Below, one piece after another: positions 42,984-43,007 of a stretch of 43,007 bases of DNA. The translations under genes were made by a program, and so were the position numbers. Every line of letters begins with the position of its first letter. The stretch's first letter is position 1. The DNA lies in assembly GCA_903834855.1 (NCBI GenBank), contig CAILKS010000022.1, positions 1-43,007 on the forward strand, written 5' to 3'. Under the pieces are notes generated by a model. The model was not told the DNA's origin. It made no database searches and saw only the letters and a program-made list of their open reading frames with translations. This stretch comes from an uncultured bacterium (GTDB lineage Bacteria; Patescibacteriota; Minisyncoccia; Phycocordibacterales; UBA5272).

Positions 42984-43007
42984 GTGGATACGAAATACCT
43001 TAATAAT

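Noticed and set aside
1-43007. Alternative genetic code (UGA as Gly, as in Gracilibacteria/Absconditabacteria), and tRNA, rRNA or CRISPR-cas content.
   Set aside because: Long conserved genes are uninterrupted under the standard code and end at TGA/TAA/TAG where expected. No tRNA-like T-arm (GGTTCGAnTCC), rRNA segments or cas genes were seen in any spacer.

Overview
This is an AT-rich (about one-third G+C by eye), gene-dense chromosomal segment. Gene content and style fit a reduced-genome Patescibacteria/CPR (Parcubacteria-like) bacterium using the standard code; long ORFs such as the 1498-aa DnaE are uninterrupted.

The content is housekeeping:
- Replication and repair: rnhB, dnaE carrying a LAGLIDADG intein, uvrA, uvrB, a short uvrC, and nrdAB.
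- RNA metabolism: RNase J, a pseudouridine synthase, tgt.
- Envelope: secG, an orphan family-5 solute-binding protein, a Ddl-like ATP-grasp protein, a MurE-like ligase, FemAB.
- Central carbon: class II aldolase, a PfkB kinase, split transketolase, malic enzyme.
- Others: transporters, a NUDIX hydrolase, an HD (ppGpp-hydrolase-like) protein, and two type II toxin-antitoxin pairs (RelE/ParE-RHH and HicBA).
- One ORF missing from the supplied track runs off the left edge (1-1086, minus strand). It encodes a signal-anchored protein that ends in a collagen-like Gly-X-Y repeat.

No classical defence island, CRISPR array, tRNA or rRNA was found. The unusual material is non-coding:
1. Almost every intergenic spacer holds tracts of imperfect tandem heptanucleotides, often arranged as inverted pairs. 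One family (TTGAAAA/TTGATAA ... AAAAAATACAG) recurs at 8 or more loci, and heptad tracts also sit in frame inside dnaE, tgt and the edge ORF.
2. A second, GC-richer mosaic repeat family has the core GAGGAGACGTAC-N5-6-GTACGTTGACGA. It forms 100-117 bp palindromic elements and is amplified within a 1.3-kb gene-free convergent region (13.6-14.9 kb).
3. A 92-bp MITE-like hairpin element is flanked by a perfect 17-bp direct repeat and has a second copy 28 kb away.
4. Three orphan plus-strand transcription units are inferred from intrinsic terminators. The most notable is a GC-rich, hairpin-dense ~350-nt locus between uvrC and uvrA that I could not assign to any known RNA family.
5. Many operon-leading genes have a TGnTAnnnT extended -10 box only 6-8 nt upstream of ATG, which suggests leaderless mRNAs.

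All protein calls come from motif recognition by eye. No searches were run.
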